Below, in pieces: positions 44,052-52,780 of a stretch of DNA of 64,000 bases (position 1 is its first letter; every line of letters begins with the position of its first letter). The position numbers and the translations under genes were made by a program. The stretch is from an uncultured delta proteobacterium (GTDB lineage Bacteria; Myxococcota_A; Polyangia; Polyangiales; B10-G4), in assembly GCA_963727445.1 (NCBI GenBank), contig CAVSGI010000013.1:416001-480000 (forward strand). Direction: 5' to 3'. Under the pieces are notes generated by a model. That model did no database searches, was not told where the DNA came from, and saw nothing but the letters and a program-made list of their open reading frames with translations.

Positions 44052-45614
44052 TCAGGGTCGATAGGTGACGCGGATCACGCCGTAGCGAGCGACGTCGCTC
44101 ATGTCGCCTTCGCGCTCGCTCGCGAGGAACGCATGCGCCTCGCGGAAGACGAGATCGACGTCCAGCTCCGGGAGGAGGGCCAGGCGCACCTGCGCCTCGA
44201 CTCCCACCAGGAACCCGTCGCTGACCGCGCCCGCCTGCGCGACCTCTTCGCTGACCGAGCTCACGTGCCCGACCTCGGGGACCACGCCGAGCACGAGCGG
44301 CCCCTCGTCGCCGATCGGGAAGTAGAGCCCGATCCGCCCGTAGGGCCCGGAGAGCGTGTAGGTGGGCATGGAGAGCGGAAGCTCGCTGTCGAGCATGCGA
44401 AAGCCCCAGCCCGCTTCGATGTTCATCCGCACCGCGCGAACGCTGTCGGCGAGGGCGAAGTCGAGGTTGGCGCCGATGGCCAGCTCCTGGGAGCGGGTGT
44501 CGACGGTGCGGGTGCTGCCGTCGGCCCGCTGGTCCTGCGCCTGCAGGCCCACCGAGGTGTAGTAGCGGGTGCCGAGCCCGAGCCGGAGCGAGCTGTCCTC
44601 GCCGGGGCGGAGCCAGACGTTGAGGGCGGCGGCGACGGCGGGGAAGGGCGAGGAGGAGAAGCGCCCTTCGCCCGTCTCCATGGGCACGGCCGCCGTGCGC
44701 TGCCCGAAACCGAGGCCGGCGGTCACGTCGAAGCCCCACTGCCGCGACATGTAGCCACCGGCGAGTGCGCCGTCATCGCCTTCGCCGTCGACGTCCTCCT
44801 CGTCCTCTTCCTCGTCGAGCGCCTCCTCTTCTTCCTCCACCGCGGCTTGCTCTTCTTCGGGCTCCGGCGCGGCGCGACGTCGGCGAGCTCGGCGGCGCCG
44901 CGGCGCCGTCTCCTCGGCGGGTGGCTCGGCGCCCTGGGCCTCCCAGTCGAGCGGCGGCGGAAGTCCGTCTGCCGTCTCGGCGCCGGACGGCTCTTCACGC
45001 TCGGCGGGCTCGTGAGCAGGCTCCGGCGCTTGCGGCTCCGAGAAGCGGCGGATCGCCGAGGTGCGCCGGCCCGCGCGCTCGCGGCTGCGGCCGCGTCGTG
45101 CGCGCGTGGGCTCCTCGGCCCGCGCGACGCGCGCGCGCCCCCCGCCACTCTGCGCGCGCGCCGCCGCCGATGCGAGGTCGCGGAGGATCGCCGACGTGAC
45201 ACCGCCACTGAGGTGAACGCCGCGCAAGCGATAGGTGCGGCCGAAGAGCTCGGCGCCGCTCCGGCCGTGGTAGTAGCGAAGGCGCAGGAGCTTGTCGCGG
45301 CCGCTGACGCCGAAGCCCGCGACCACGATCACGTGCGCGCCCTGGCGCGTGCCGAAACGACGAATGGCGGCGCCGTTCGCCGGCGACATGCTGCGGACGC
45401 GAACCGCAGAGGTGTAGGCGCTGCTGTCGATGAGGCGCGCGCCGCGCACCAGGACTCGGGGAACGGCGCGACGCATGGGACCGGGGAGGCTGGGGGCCGC
45501 GACGAAGAGCGCCTTGGTCTGCTGGGCCGACGCTCCGCCGGGGAACGACGCGATCAGCATCGCGACCACGATTCCGGAAAGAACGAACAGCCATCTGTTA
45601 CCCGCACACGTCAT
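44052..45614 (-). CDS. Exported protein: basic N-domain, acidic linker, C-terminal beta-barrel
   Basis: ASA signal peptide; poly-Glu/Asp linker; amphipathic strands ending GVIRVTYRP. Confidence 0.65.
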   Translation of the reverse strand: MTCAGNRWLFVLSGIVVAMLIASFPGGASAQQTKALFVAAPSLPGPMRRAVPRVLVRGARLIDSSAYTSAVRVRSMSPANGAAIRRFGTRQGAHVIVVAGFGVSGRDKLLRLRYYHGRSGAELFGRTYRLRGVHLSGGVTSAILRDLASAAARAQSGGGRARVARAEEPTRARRGRSRERAGRRTSAIRRFSEPQAPEPAHEPAEREEPSGAETADGLPPPLDWEAQGAEPPAEETAPRRRRARRRRAAPEPEEEQAAVEEEEEALDEEEDEEDVDGEGDDGALAGGYMSRQWGFDVTAGLGFGQRTAAVPMETGEGRFSSSPFPAVAAALNVWLRPGEDSSLRLGLGTRYYTSVGLQAQDQRADGSTRTVDTRSQELAIGANLDFALADSVRAVRMNIEAGWGFRMLDSELPLSMPTYTLSGPYGRIGLYFPIGDEGPLVLGVVPEVGHVSSVSEEVAQAGAVSDGFLVGVEAQVRLALLPELDVDLVFREAHAFLASEREGDMSDVARYGVIRVTYRP

Positions 45615-46754
45615 CTAGAGCTCCAAGCTGAGGGCCAGGGTCGCGTCCCCGGCGAACACCTCGTTGAGACCGACGAAGTCCTGATAGACGAAGACCGTCC
45701 CTCCCACGGCCAGTCCCAAGCGAATCGCGATGTCGTCGCTGACATCGAAGGACTTCTCGAAGCTGAGGGCCACGCGGTTCGAGAACATCGGTGAGAGCTC
45801 TCGATCGCGCGTCACGTAGCGAAGCGCCCCGGTCGGCGCGGGATAGGTCGAGCGATAGAAGCCCGCGGCGCTCTGCGTGTAGAAGCGATACCTGAGCGTG
45901 AGCACCGTGTCCTCCGACGGAAGCCACGCCACCTGCGCGATCGCTGTGTGCGCCGCCACGCCCCAGTCGTCGAAGTAGAAGCGATAGCCGATCCCCGCCG
46001 AGGTGTCGCTCGACAGTGCGTAGCGCCCGCGCACCACGAAGGCGTTGCGGATGCGCGTATCGGGGTGTGCCTCGGGCACGCAGAGGATCGCGGTGCCGCC
46101 GCACTGCCCGTCGCCGCCGAGACCGACGAATCGGTAGGGGCTCGACTGAAATCCCTGACGGTACGCTCCCTCCCAGACGCCCTGCACCAGCGCTTTGGGG
46201 GAGAGGATCTGCGTCATGACCAGCCTCAGGCCGTAGGTCGAGAGCGGTCGCGAGAAGTTGGCGTCGCCCGAGCGCCCGACGAGGTCGTAGGAGTAGTGAA
46301 AGCTCTCTTCGAAGGTGGTCGTGTTGTTGGCCAGCTCCTGCGTCGAGCTCAGCCCGACGCCGTGGGAGGTGTAGTCGTTCTCCCCCGAGAAGTAGTAGCT
46401 GGCGTTGAGCGTCGCGTTGTCGAGCTCGTGACCGACGCCGACGTCGATCTGATCGCGCTGCTCGCTGACGGCCTTGGTCGCGGCCGTCCGGATGTCGATG
46501 GAGGCGCTGGTCCAGATGTCGGCGGTGTAGCCGACGTTCGCCGTCGTCCGGTCGGCGTTGAAGCGCGTCTGAACGCCGGCATGCGGGCTGATCACCGTCG
46601 TGTGATCCGTGTCGCCCCGAACGAAGACCGACGCGGTTCCGTCGTTCGCCTGAACACCAGGCGTCAGGCCCAGCATCGCACCGAAGACGAGCGCGGCGAA
46701 CGGCGCGCCCAGAGGGCGCCTCGTTCGTCGCGTTTTCTTCGGGGGAGATGTCAT
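45615..46754 (-). CDS. DUF3570-like outer-membrane beta-barrel
   Basis: D.TTVISP, D..TSAS.D, SGENDYTS, Q.SPYR, E.HPD.R.R, YRFYFDDWGV.AHT, YRFYTQS.A.FY, TRDRELS. Confidence 0.85.
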   Translation of the reverse strand: MTSPPKKTRRTRRPLGAPFAALVFGAMLGLTPGVQANDGTASVFVRGDTDHTTVISPHAGVQTRFNADRTTANVGYTADIWTSASIDIRTAATKAVSEQRDQIDVGVGHELDNATLNASYYFSGENDYTSHGVGLSSTQELANNTTTFEESFHYSYDLVGRSGDANFSRPLSTYGLRLVMTQILSPKALVQGVWEGAYRQGFQSSPYRFVGLGGDGQCGGTAILCVPEAHPDTRIRNAFVVRGRYALSSDTSAGIGYRFYFDDWGVAAHTAIAQVAWLPSEDTVLTLRYRFYTQSAAGFYRSTYPAPTGALRYVTRDRELSPMFSNRVALSFEKSFDVSDDIAIRLGLAVGGTVFVYQDFVGLNEVFAGDATLALSLEL

Positions 46755-46788
46755 CGGAGCTCTTCACGCGTGGCGTGACTGAGTGGCA

Positions 46789-49700
46789 TCAGCGGGCGAT
46801 GTAGACGGCGGCGTTGCCTTGCGCCTGACCGTCCGCATCGAAGTAGCTGTCGAGGACGACGCCCACTTCGGGATCGGTCAGCTTCTGGATGAGCCGGGCA
46901 CCGAGCGGTCCGCTGGTGTACCCGTTGAGGGAACCGCCGCGGAGCTGTTGCACGCGTGTGCGGTCGATGGCGGCGTGTGACGACGAGACGTTCGAGACCC
47001 CGTTGGGCTCGACGAGACCGTCGAGGTTGTAGACGACGTTGTCGGGGTCGAAGTTGTCGGCCGGAGCGCCGCCCGGGCAGTACTGCCGGTTGGCGTTGTT
47101 GTCGAGCGGGTTCACCGGACAGCCGGTCTCGTCGAAGAGGAAGAGACCAGAGCCGAGGCCGGCGACCATGTGCACGAAGAGGGGCGAGTTGATCTGGTTG
47201 CCCGGGTTCTGCCCGATGTGCTGCGCGAGGAGAGCGAAGTCCAGCGAGCGGAAGTCGTTGGCCTCCATCGCGGTGCGGAACGCGTCGTACTCCCCGCCGA
47301 AGGCGGCGAGCGAGTCCTCGTTGAGGTGGCAGGACACGCAGTAGCGCGGGCCCTCGTTGGTGGCTTCGACCCGACCACGGATCGAGTGCGCCATCATCGT
47401 GTCGTGGCTGAGGGCGCCGAAGTCGTCGCGACCGCCGATGCCCGGGTTGTTGCCGTTGCCCTGGCGGTCGGTGAAGCCGAACACCTGGGACTCGTCGCCG
47501 TTGATGTCCTGGTAGCGGAAGAACATCTGGATCCCCGGCGAGGACTGCGTGATCTGACCCCGGGCGTTGACGCCGAGGTAGAAGGGCACGGGCGTGATGT
47601 AGGTGAAGTCCGCGTTCGGGACGAAGTTCGCGATGCGCTCGCCGGTGATGTTCGAGAACCAGTAGTTCTCCGGATTGTCGTCGTACTGCCCCTTCAGGTG
47701 ACAGCCGATGCAGTTGTTCGTCCACGAGCTGTGGCAGGTCTGACAGGCGAGGTTGTCGGTGTGGCTGAAGCCGAGGGTGACCGTGTCGGGGTCGGCCTGC
47801 AGCGGACCGATGCCGGTGGCGTTGTTGCCGTCCGCGCGCCCCATCGCGTAGGACGCGACCGGGTTGTAGACGTACTCGCCGGAGAGCGGATTGCGCCGCC
47901 CGGTGTCGACCGTGGTGTCGCGGGTCTGTGGGACGAAGTGGCGGCTGCCGTTGAGGCGGCTGATCAGCCAGTAGTTGCCGTCCGTGTCGCGGGTGACGTG
48001 ACGCACCGGGTTGCCGCGCCGGTCGATGGCGCAGTCGGCGGCGCTGCCGTCGTAGGTCTCGCAGGGGCCGGTGGCAGCGTAGGAGCCGACGCCGCCGTGG
48101 CAGGACTGACACTCGATGGCGACACCCTCGTCCATGCGCGAGATGATGTTGCCGCTCGTGGGATCGCCCCGCGTCCCGTTGTGGACGTCGCGGCTGCCGT
48201 GACAGTCGATGCAGCCGAGGCCCGCCTCGTGGTGGACGTCCGCCGGTGTGTCGTCGCGACCGTCGCCGTCGTAGTCCTCGGTCAGGATGTACTGCTCGGG
48301 CACGCGGCCGTTGAAGGTGTTGTTGGCGATCGCCGGGTCGTAGAGCCGATCGTCGGCGGCGGTGTTCTGGAACGTGACCGGGTTGGTCGGGTACTGCGTG
48401 TCGTTCTCGAGGTCCTGGTTCTGGTCGAGGCGGATGCCCCAGAACTGAAGCACCGTGCGGTTCGATCCCTGGTGACAACCCACGCAGGCGTAGTCGCTGA
48501 TGCCGCGGAGGAACGCGCCGCCGGGAAGGAACTTCGCGACGTTGCGGATCTGGTGCGCATCGATGTGCGAGCGCTCGGGCGCGGCGATCGCGTCGGGGTT
48601 GAACGGCTCGAAGTGGTTGACGTTCGGGTCGGTGGAGCGGCTGCGGCCGTCGGTGCTGTACTCCATGTGGCACGCCGTGCAGCCGGAGCTCCGGAAGTCG
48701 CCGTAGCGGTTGTTCTGGCCGGCGCTCCCGAGGTGGCAGTCGCCGCACTGGAAGCCGACCGCCTCCATGTACACGTGCTCGAGGGGCGAGCCGTCGATCA
48801 TCTGGTTCGCCTGGTCGGCGCCGTCGGCGGTCGTGAAGACCTGGTTCGACATGTTGTCGGCGTCGTAGAGCTCGTTGCGATAGATGCCGCTTCGGTCGCC
48901 CCACTGCGCCCGCTCGGGCCACTCGTAGACCTCACCGACCGTGCCGACCTCGTCTGCCGGGCCCGCCCAGTCGGGATCGGTGCGCGCGCGGAAGGCGTAG
49001 TCCGCCGCGGTGTCCTCCCACAGCCCCTCCTGGCCGGGAACGACGTTGTCGAGGCCGACCGTGTAGGTCGCGCCCGAGAAGATGCCGGTGGAGTTACCGA
49101 AGGGGTGACGCGACACCCACTGGACGTGCTCCTCGGCGTGGCACCCGGGGGTGCCGCAGCCCTCGCCGTTGGTCACGACGCGGAGGTCGCCGGGGTTGAC
49201 GAACTGCAGGTACTGAAGCGCCGTGTAGGTGACGCCGTCGACGGTGTAGTCGGGGAGCTTGTCGATGCCGGCGAGGGTGAGGCGGTTGAAATACGCCTCC
49301 TGGTCGAGGACGCGGTAGGCGTCGTCGCCGATCTCCGGAGGCGGCGGCACGTGGGAGCCGAGCTTGCCGGTGCCGTTGCCGTCGCCGCCGTGGCAGGTGG
49401 TGCACTGCACGTACTCCGCGCCGGTGAAGGGGTGCGGGTTGCTCATGCCGGGGCCCGCGTAGTCGTTGCGGTCGGAGCCGTTGTGGCAGCCCATGCAGCT
49501 CTCGGCGGGGCCAGGCTCGGCGACGGGAGGGGGCGCGTCGGGGCTGGGCTCGCAGCTGGGATTGGCGTTGCAGAACTGCGGGTCACACTCACAGCACGCG
49601 ATGCGGTACTCGAGGTCCGTCTCGGCGCACCGGTCGAGCGCGCTGCAGTCGTAGACGGTTCCGCGGAAGTCGTACGCGTCGCACATCGGGCGCTCGTACG

Positions 49701-49812
49701 GTCCGTCGGGGCGCGGCGGGCCGCCGTCACCTGCTTCGAAGTCGGTGTTCGCGCAGGCGGCGGCACCGACGATCAGCGCGAGGAGCAGATACTTTTCTTT
49801 ACTCACGTGCAT
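46789..49812 (-). CDS. Large multiheme c-type cytochrome lipoprotein (10 CxxCH + 1 CX4CH)
   Basis: CMGCH, CTTCH, CGTPGCH, CGDCH, CTACH, CVGCH, CIDCH, CQSCH, CQTCH, CIGCH, CVSCH; GAAAC lipobox. Confidence 0.92.
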   Translation of the reverse strand: MHVSKEKYLLLALIVGAAACANTDFEAGDGGPPRPDGPYERPMCDAYDFRGTVYDCSALDRCAETDLEYRIACCECDPQFCNANPSCEPSPDAPPPVAEPGPAESCMGCHNGSDRNDYAGPGMSNPHPFTGAEYVQCTTCHGGDGNGTGKLGSHVPPPPEIGDDAYRVLDQEAYFNRLTLAGIDKLPDYTVDGVTYTALQYLQFVNPGDLRVVTNGEGCGTPGCHAEEHVQWVSRHPFGNSTGIFSGATYTVGLDNVVPGQEGLWEDTAADYAFRARTDPDWAGPADEVGTVGEVYEWPERAQWGDRSGIYRNELYDADNMSNQVFTTADGADQANQMIDGSPLEHVYMEAVGFQCGDCHLGSAGQNNRYGDFRSSGCTACHMEYSTDGRSRSTDPNVNHFEPFNPDAIAAPERSHIDAHQIRNVAKFLPGGAFLRGISDYACVGCHQGSNRTVLQFWGIRLDQNQDLENDTQYPTNPVTFQNTAADDRLYDPAIANNTFNGRVPEQYILTEDYDGDGRDDTPADVHHEAGLGCIDCHGSRDVHNGTRGDPTSGNIISRMDEGVAIECQSCHGGVGSYAATGPCETYDGSAADCAIDRRGNPVRHVTRDTDGNYWLISRLNGSRHFVPQTRDTTVDTGRRNPLSGEYVYNPVASYAMGRADGNNATGIGPLQADPDTVTLGFSHTDNLACQTCHSSWTNNCIGCHLKGQYDDNPENYWFSNITGERIANFVPNADFTYITPVPFYLGVNARGQITQSSPGIQMFFRYQDINGDESQVFGFTDRQGNGNNPGIGGRDDFGALSHDTMMAHSIRGRVEATNEGPRYCVSCHLNEDSLAAFGGEYDAFRTAMEANDFRSLDFALLAQHIGQNPGNQINSPLFVHMVAGLGSGLFLFDETGCPVNPLDNNANRQYCPGGAPADNFDPDNVVYNLDGLVEPNGVSNVSSSHAAIDRTRVQQLRGGSLNGYTSGPLGARLIQKLTDPEVGVVLDSYFDADGQAQGNAAVYIAR

Positions 49813-50154
49813 TTGGTTCCCCTGGGTTCCCGAGCGAAGGGCGCAGGAACCCCAGAGCGGCGGTGGCCACTCCCTCCATGCGCTCGGTCGAGCCAAAGCG
49901 ACCGTCGCGCCGCCCCACGCGTAGCTCGATCCGTGCCCATCGACTTTCCCTTGAAAAGAGACGTCCTCGATGTGTGCAGGAGCAGGCGCCGTACCTACAC
50001 GGAACGCTCCCGGTTCCAATTCGGAGGCACTTCCGCGCCTGGCGCAGACGTGGGTCGCGCGGCGCAGGTCACGGGCCGTTCACTCGGTGATTCTCAAGGT
50101 AACAGCGCAGCGCTCGGGCCGCTGTTACGGTAGCTGCGCGGTTCGTTTCGACGC

Positions 50155-50170
50155 TGGCCCGCCGTTTGCT
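50155..50170 (+). promoter_or_regulatory. Putative sigma54 -24/-12 promoter for the TlpA-DUF4266 pair
   Basis: TGGCCCGCCGTTTGCT: GG-N10-GC spacing, followed by GGAGG (50183) and ATG (50199). Confidence 0.6.
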
Positions 50171-50198
50171 GCACGTAACGGTGGAGGTTCACTGCCGC

Positions 50199-50699
50199 AT
50201 GGAACGAGCTCGACGACTCATCACCTACGCCATCGTCCTGTCGACGGCGTTTCTGATCACACGCTACGCGTCCGCGATCGACGAAGGCTCGAGGGCCCCA
50301 CAGTTTCGCGCCGACAGCTTCGACGGCGGACGGGTGAGCCTCTCCTCTTCTCGAGGCAAGGTGGTGGTCGTCGACTTCTGGGCGTCGTGGTGTGAGCCGT
50401 GTGGCCACGCGATGCCGGCCCTCGATCGCATCTACCAGCGCTACAAGGATCACGGGCTGGTGGTGATCGGCGTCAGCGTGGACGAGCGCGCGCGCAACGC
50501 GCGCGGCTTCTTGCGTCGCACCCGGGTCTCCTTCCCGGTGGTTCACGATCAGGACCACGCGGTCGCCGAGCGCTACAGCCCGCCGACCATGCCCAGCACC
50601 TACATCATCGACAGGCGCGGCGTGATCCGGCACGTCCACGCGGGCTTCCGCAGCGGCGACGCCCGCGTCCTCGAGCGACAGATCCGAGATCTGCTTTGA
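50199..50699 (+). CDS. TlpA/ResA-family exported thiol-disulfide reductase
   Basis: GKVVVVDFWASWCEPC, MPSTYIIDRRG. Confidence 0.92.
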   Translation: MERARRLITYAIVLSTAFLITRYASAIDEGSRAPQFRADSFDGGRVSLSSSRGKVVVVDFWASWCEPCGHAMPALDRIYQRYKDHGLVVIGVSVDERARNARGFLRRTRVSFPVVHDQDHAVAERYSPPTMPSTYIIDRRGVIRHVHAGFRSGDARVLERQIRDLL

Positions 50700-50920
50700 T
50701 CCGCGATCTCCGCCGCACGCTGCTGCTCCTCGCGCTGATGGTCGGCGCGACGGGATGCATCACGCTCCAGCCGTACGAGCGCGAGAACCTGGCGCGCTCC
50801 GACATGCAGTTCGGTGGCGGGGGCGGCGCCGTTCACGGCGCGGAGTCACACGCGACGGAAGTGCGCGAAGGCGCGGTCGGCGGCTTCGAAGCCGCGGGAG
50901 GTGGATGCGGGTGTAACTGA
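50696..50920 (+). CDS. DUF4266-like small lipoprotein
   Basis: TGC lipobox, PYERENLA..DM, H...REG..GG..GGGCGCN terminus; TTGA overlap with TlpA stop. Confidence 0.85.
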   Translation: MIRDLRRTLLLLALMVGATGCITLQPYERENLARSDMQFGGGGGAVHGAESHATEVREGAVGGFEAAGGGCGCN

Positions 50921-50930
50921 CGCGCGCCGC

Positions 50931-51182
50931 TCAGTGCGGGCAGGGCGCGTCGTCGTCCATCGCGCCCGAGGAGTACGGGCACCCGGAGGAGGAGGTGTAC
51001 GGGCATCCACTGGATGCGCCGCACGAGCTCCGCAGCATGCAGCGCGCCGAGGTGGCCGCGAAGAGCCCCACCGCGATCAGCGCGACGATCAATCCCACCT
51101 TCGTCGAACGATCGGCGGCGAGCCACTTGAGCTTGATGAACCGGGCGGCGAGCCCGAAGACGGAGGAGGGACGGCGATCCAT
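50931..51182 (-). CDS. Small membrane-anchored Cys-Pro-repeat protein
   Basis: One TM then CGASSGCPYTSSSGCPYSS..PCPH*. Confidence 0.6.
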   Translation of the reverse strand: MDRRPSSVFGLAARFIKLKWLAADRSTKVGLIVALIAVGLFAATSARCMLRSSCGASSGCPYTSSSGCPYSSGAMDDDAPCPH

Positions 51183-51252
51183 GGCTGGAGTATAGGCCGA
51201 AAGTCGGAAGGTGGCAGTCCGTTTCGCGCTGCGGATTGGTAGAGTCGGGTTC

Positions 51253-52167
51253 ATGCGCAGCAATTGCTCAATCGGATGCGCCCTGACCCTGGCGCTCGCA
51301 GGGTGGATCGTCGGCTGTTCGGATGACGGGGCCGGGACTCCAGACGCGATGGGGATGGCTGACGCGGCCTCCGACGCGGACACCGGCACGACCTCGGACG
51401 CGACGCCTGACGGGTCGAGCAGCGACTCGGCCACCACGAGTGACGCCTCGGACGCCAGCGCCGACGGCGACGCAGGCGGAGGGGCCGGCTGCGAGGGGTC
51501 CTCCGCGCTCTTCTGCGAGGACTTCGAGGCGCTCGCCGCGGGGGAGGCGATGAGCGCGCGGTGGGACACGACCACCAACGGGGCGCTCACCATCGACGGG
51601 ACGCACGCGATGGGCGCGCAGGCGCTTCACGTGCACACCGACGACAACGGCTACGGCTTCTTGCGCCTCGCCTTCGCGCCGCCGGGCAACAGCTACTTCG
51701 GCCGGATGATGCTCTGGGTGGATGCGTTCCCGAGCGCGCCGGATTGGGCGCACTACACGCTGGTGGAGCAGACCGGGGACGGGAGCACCGAGCGCGTGCG
51801 ACCGGTCGGCGGCCAGTACGTGCCGGGCGAGGGCGCGGCGTTCTGGGGCATCGGCGCCGACGGCGGCCCCACCGGCGATTGGACGAACTGGCGAACCAGC
51901 GCACCGTCGGAGAGCGGGCGATGGGTATGCGTGGAGTGGGAGATGGACGCGACCGATAACCACATCCGGCTCACCCTCGACGGCGTCGCCAACGACGACC
52001 TCGTCGTGGACACGACCAACCACGGCGGCAACGACGTGGACTTCATCTTCCCGACCTGGACCACCCTGCGCATCGGCTGGCAGCTCTACCAGGGAGGCGC
52101 CACGCCCTCCGCCTTCGACGTGTGGATCGACGACATCGTCCTCGACACCACGCGGGTGGGGTGCTGA
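51253..52167 (+). CDS. Lipoprotein with Cip1/polysaccharide-lyase-like beta-jelly-roll domain
   Basis: LFCEDFE, YFGRM..W, WVCVEW, IGWQ.Y, VWIDDIVL...RVGC. Confidence 0.7.
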   Translation: MRSNCSIGCALTLALAGWIVGCSDDGAGTPDAMGMADAASDADTGTTSDATPDGSSSDSATTSDASDASADGDAGGGAGCEGSSALFCEDFEALAAGEAMSARWDTTTNGALTIDGTHAMGAQALHVHTDDNGYGFLRLAFAPPGNSYFGRMMLWVDAFPSAPDWAHYTLVEQTGDGSTERVRPVGGQYVPGEGAAFWGIGADGGPTGDWTNWRTSAPSESGRWVCVEWEMDATDNHIRLTLDGVANDDLVVDTTNHGGNDVDFIFPTWTTLRIGWQLYQGGATPSAFDVWIDDIVLDTTRVGC

Positions 52168-52227
52168 TCGTGCGCTATCGGGACCGGGAGGAGTAGCTTT
52201 CGTTTCGCCCATGCGGGATGGGGAGTG

Positions 52228-52761
52228 ATGAAAGAGCAACGAAAGCGGTCGCTCTTCCTCTTCTCTTTGGTGACGACGATCCTGGTGCTCTCGAGCTGCA
52301 CGTGCTGTGGGCTCTTCGGGTTCGCTCTCGTGCGATCCTCGGACGACCACTCGTCGGACGAGTGGTACTGGACCGCCGCGGAACGCCGCGAGCACATCGA
52401 AGGGATCCTCACGACCCGTGCGCCCGCCGCATGCACCGACGTTCACTACCAGTACCACCAGTCGAAGTCGGGCGCTGGCTTCCATTGGTACACCCACCAC
52501 ACGGGCATCTTTCGCTGCGATCTGTCGGAGGCCGACTTCCAGGAGCTCGTCACGCGCCTGCACATGACGCGTGTGAACGAAGACGACTATTCTGAAGACG
52601 TGGTCATCACCTTCGAGGTGGGCAACGCACCCTGGTGGCGTCCTCCGACGACCATCGACAGCTCGGTCTACTACGTCCGGGCAGGCGAGAGCTCGCGCTT
52701 CGCCCGGCACGACGGCCAAACGATGTGGTTCGTGAACTGGGTGCCACCGGACAATCCTTGA
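52228..52761 (+). CDS. Hypothetical membrane-anchored protein
   Basis: N-terminal TM with CTCCG, APWWRP motif. Confidence 0.6.
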   Translation: MKEQRKRSLFLFSLVTTILVLSSCTCCGLFGFALVRSSDDHSSDEWYWTAAERREHIEGILTTRAPAACTDVHYQYHQSKSGAGFHWYTHHTGIFRCDLSEADFQELVTRLHMTRVNEDDYSEDVVITFEVGNAPWWRPPTTIDSSVYYVRAGESSRFARHDGQTMWFVNWVPPDNP

Positions 52762-52780
52762 GGAGCACACCGATGCGGGC

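Noticed and set aside
47170..50133. 987-aa plus-strand ORF and similar long antisense ORFs (12203..14296, 23179..25371, 44133..45794)
   Set aside because: Shadow ORFs opposite well-supported genes, expected in high-GC DNA; no motifs
38659..51182. Calling the locus MtrCAB/Pcc or a Ccm cytochrome maturation operon
   Set aside because: No MtrA-like compact decaheme, no MtrB-sized barrel, and no CcmF/CcsA WWD motif protein seen
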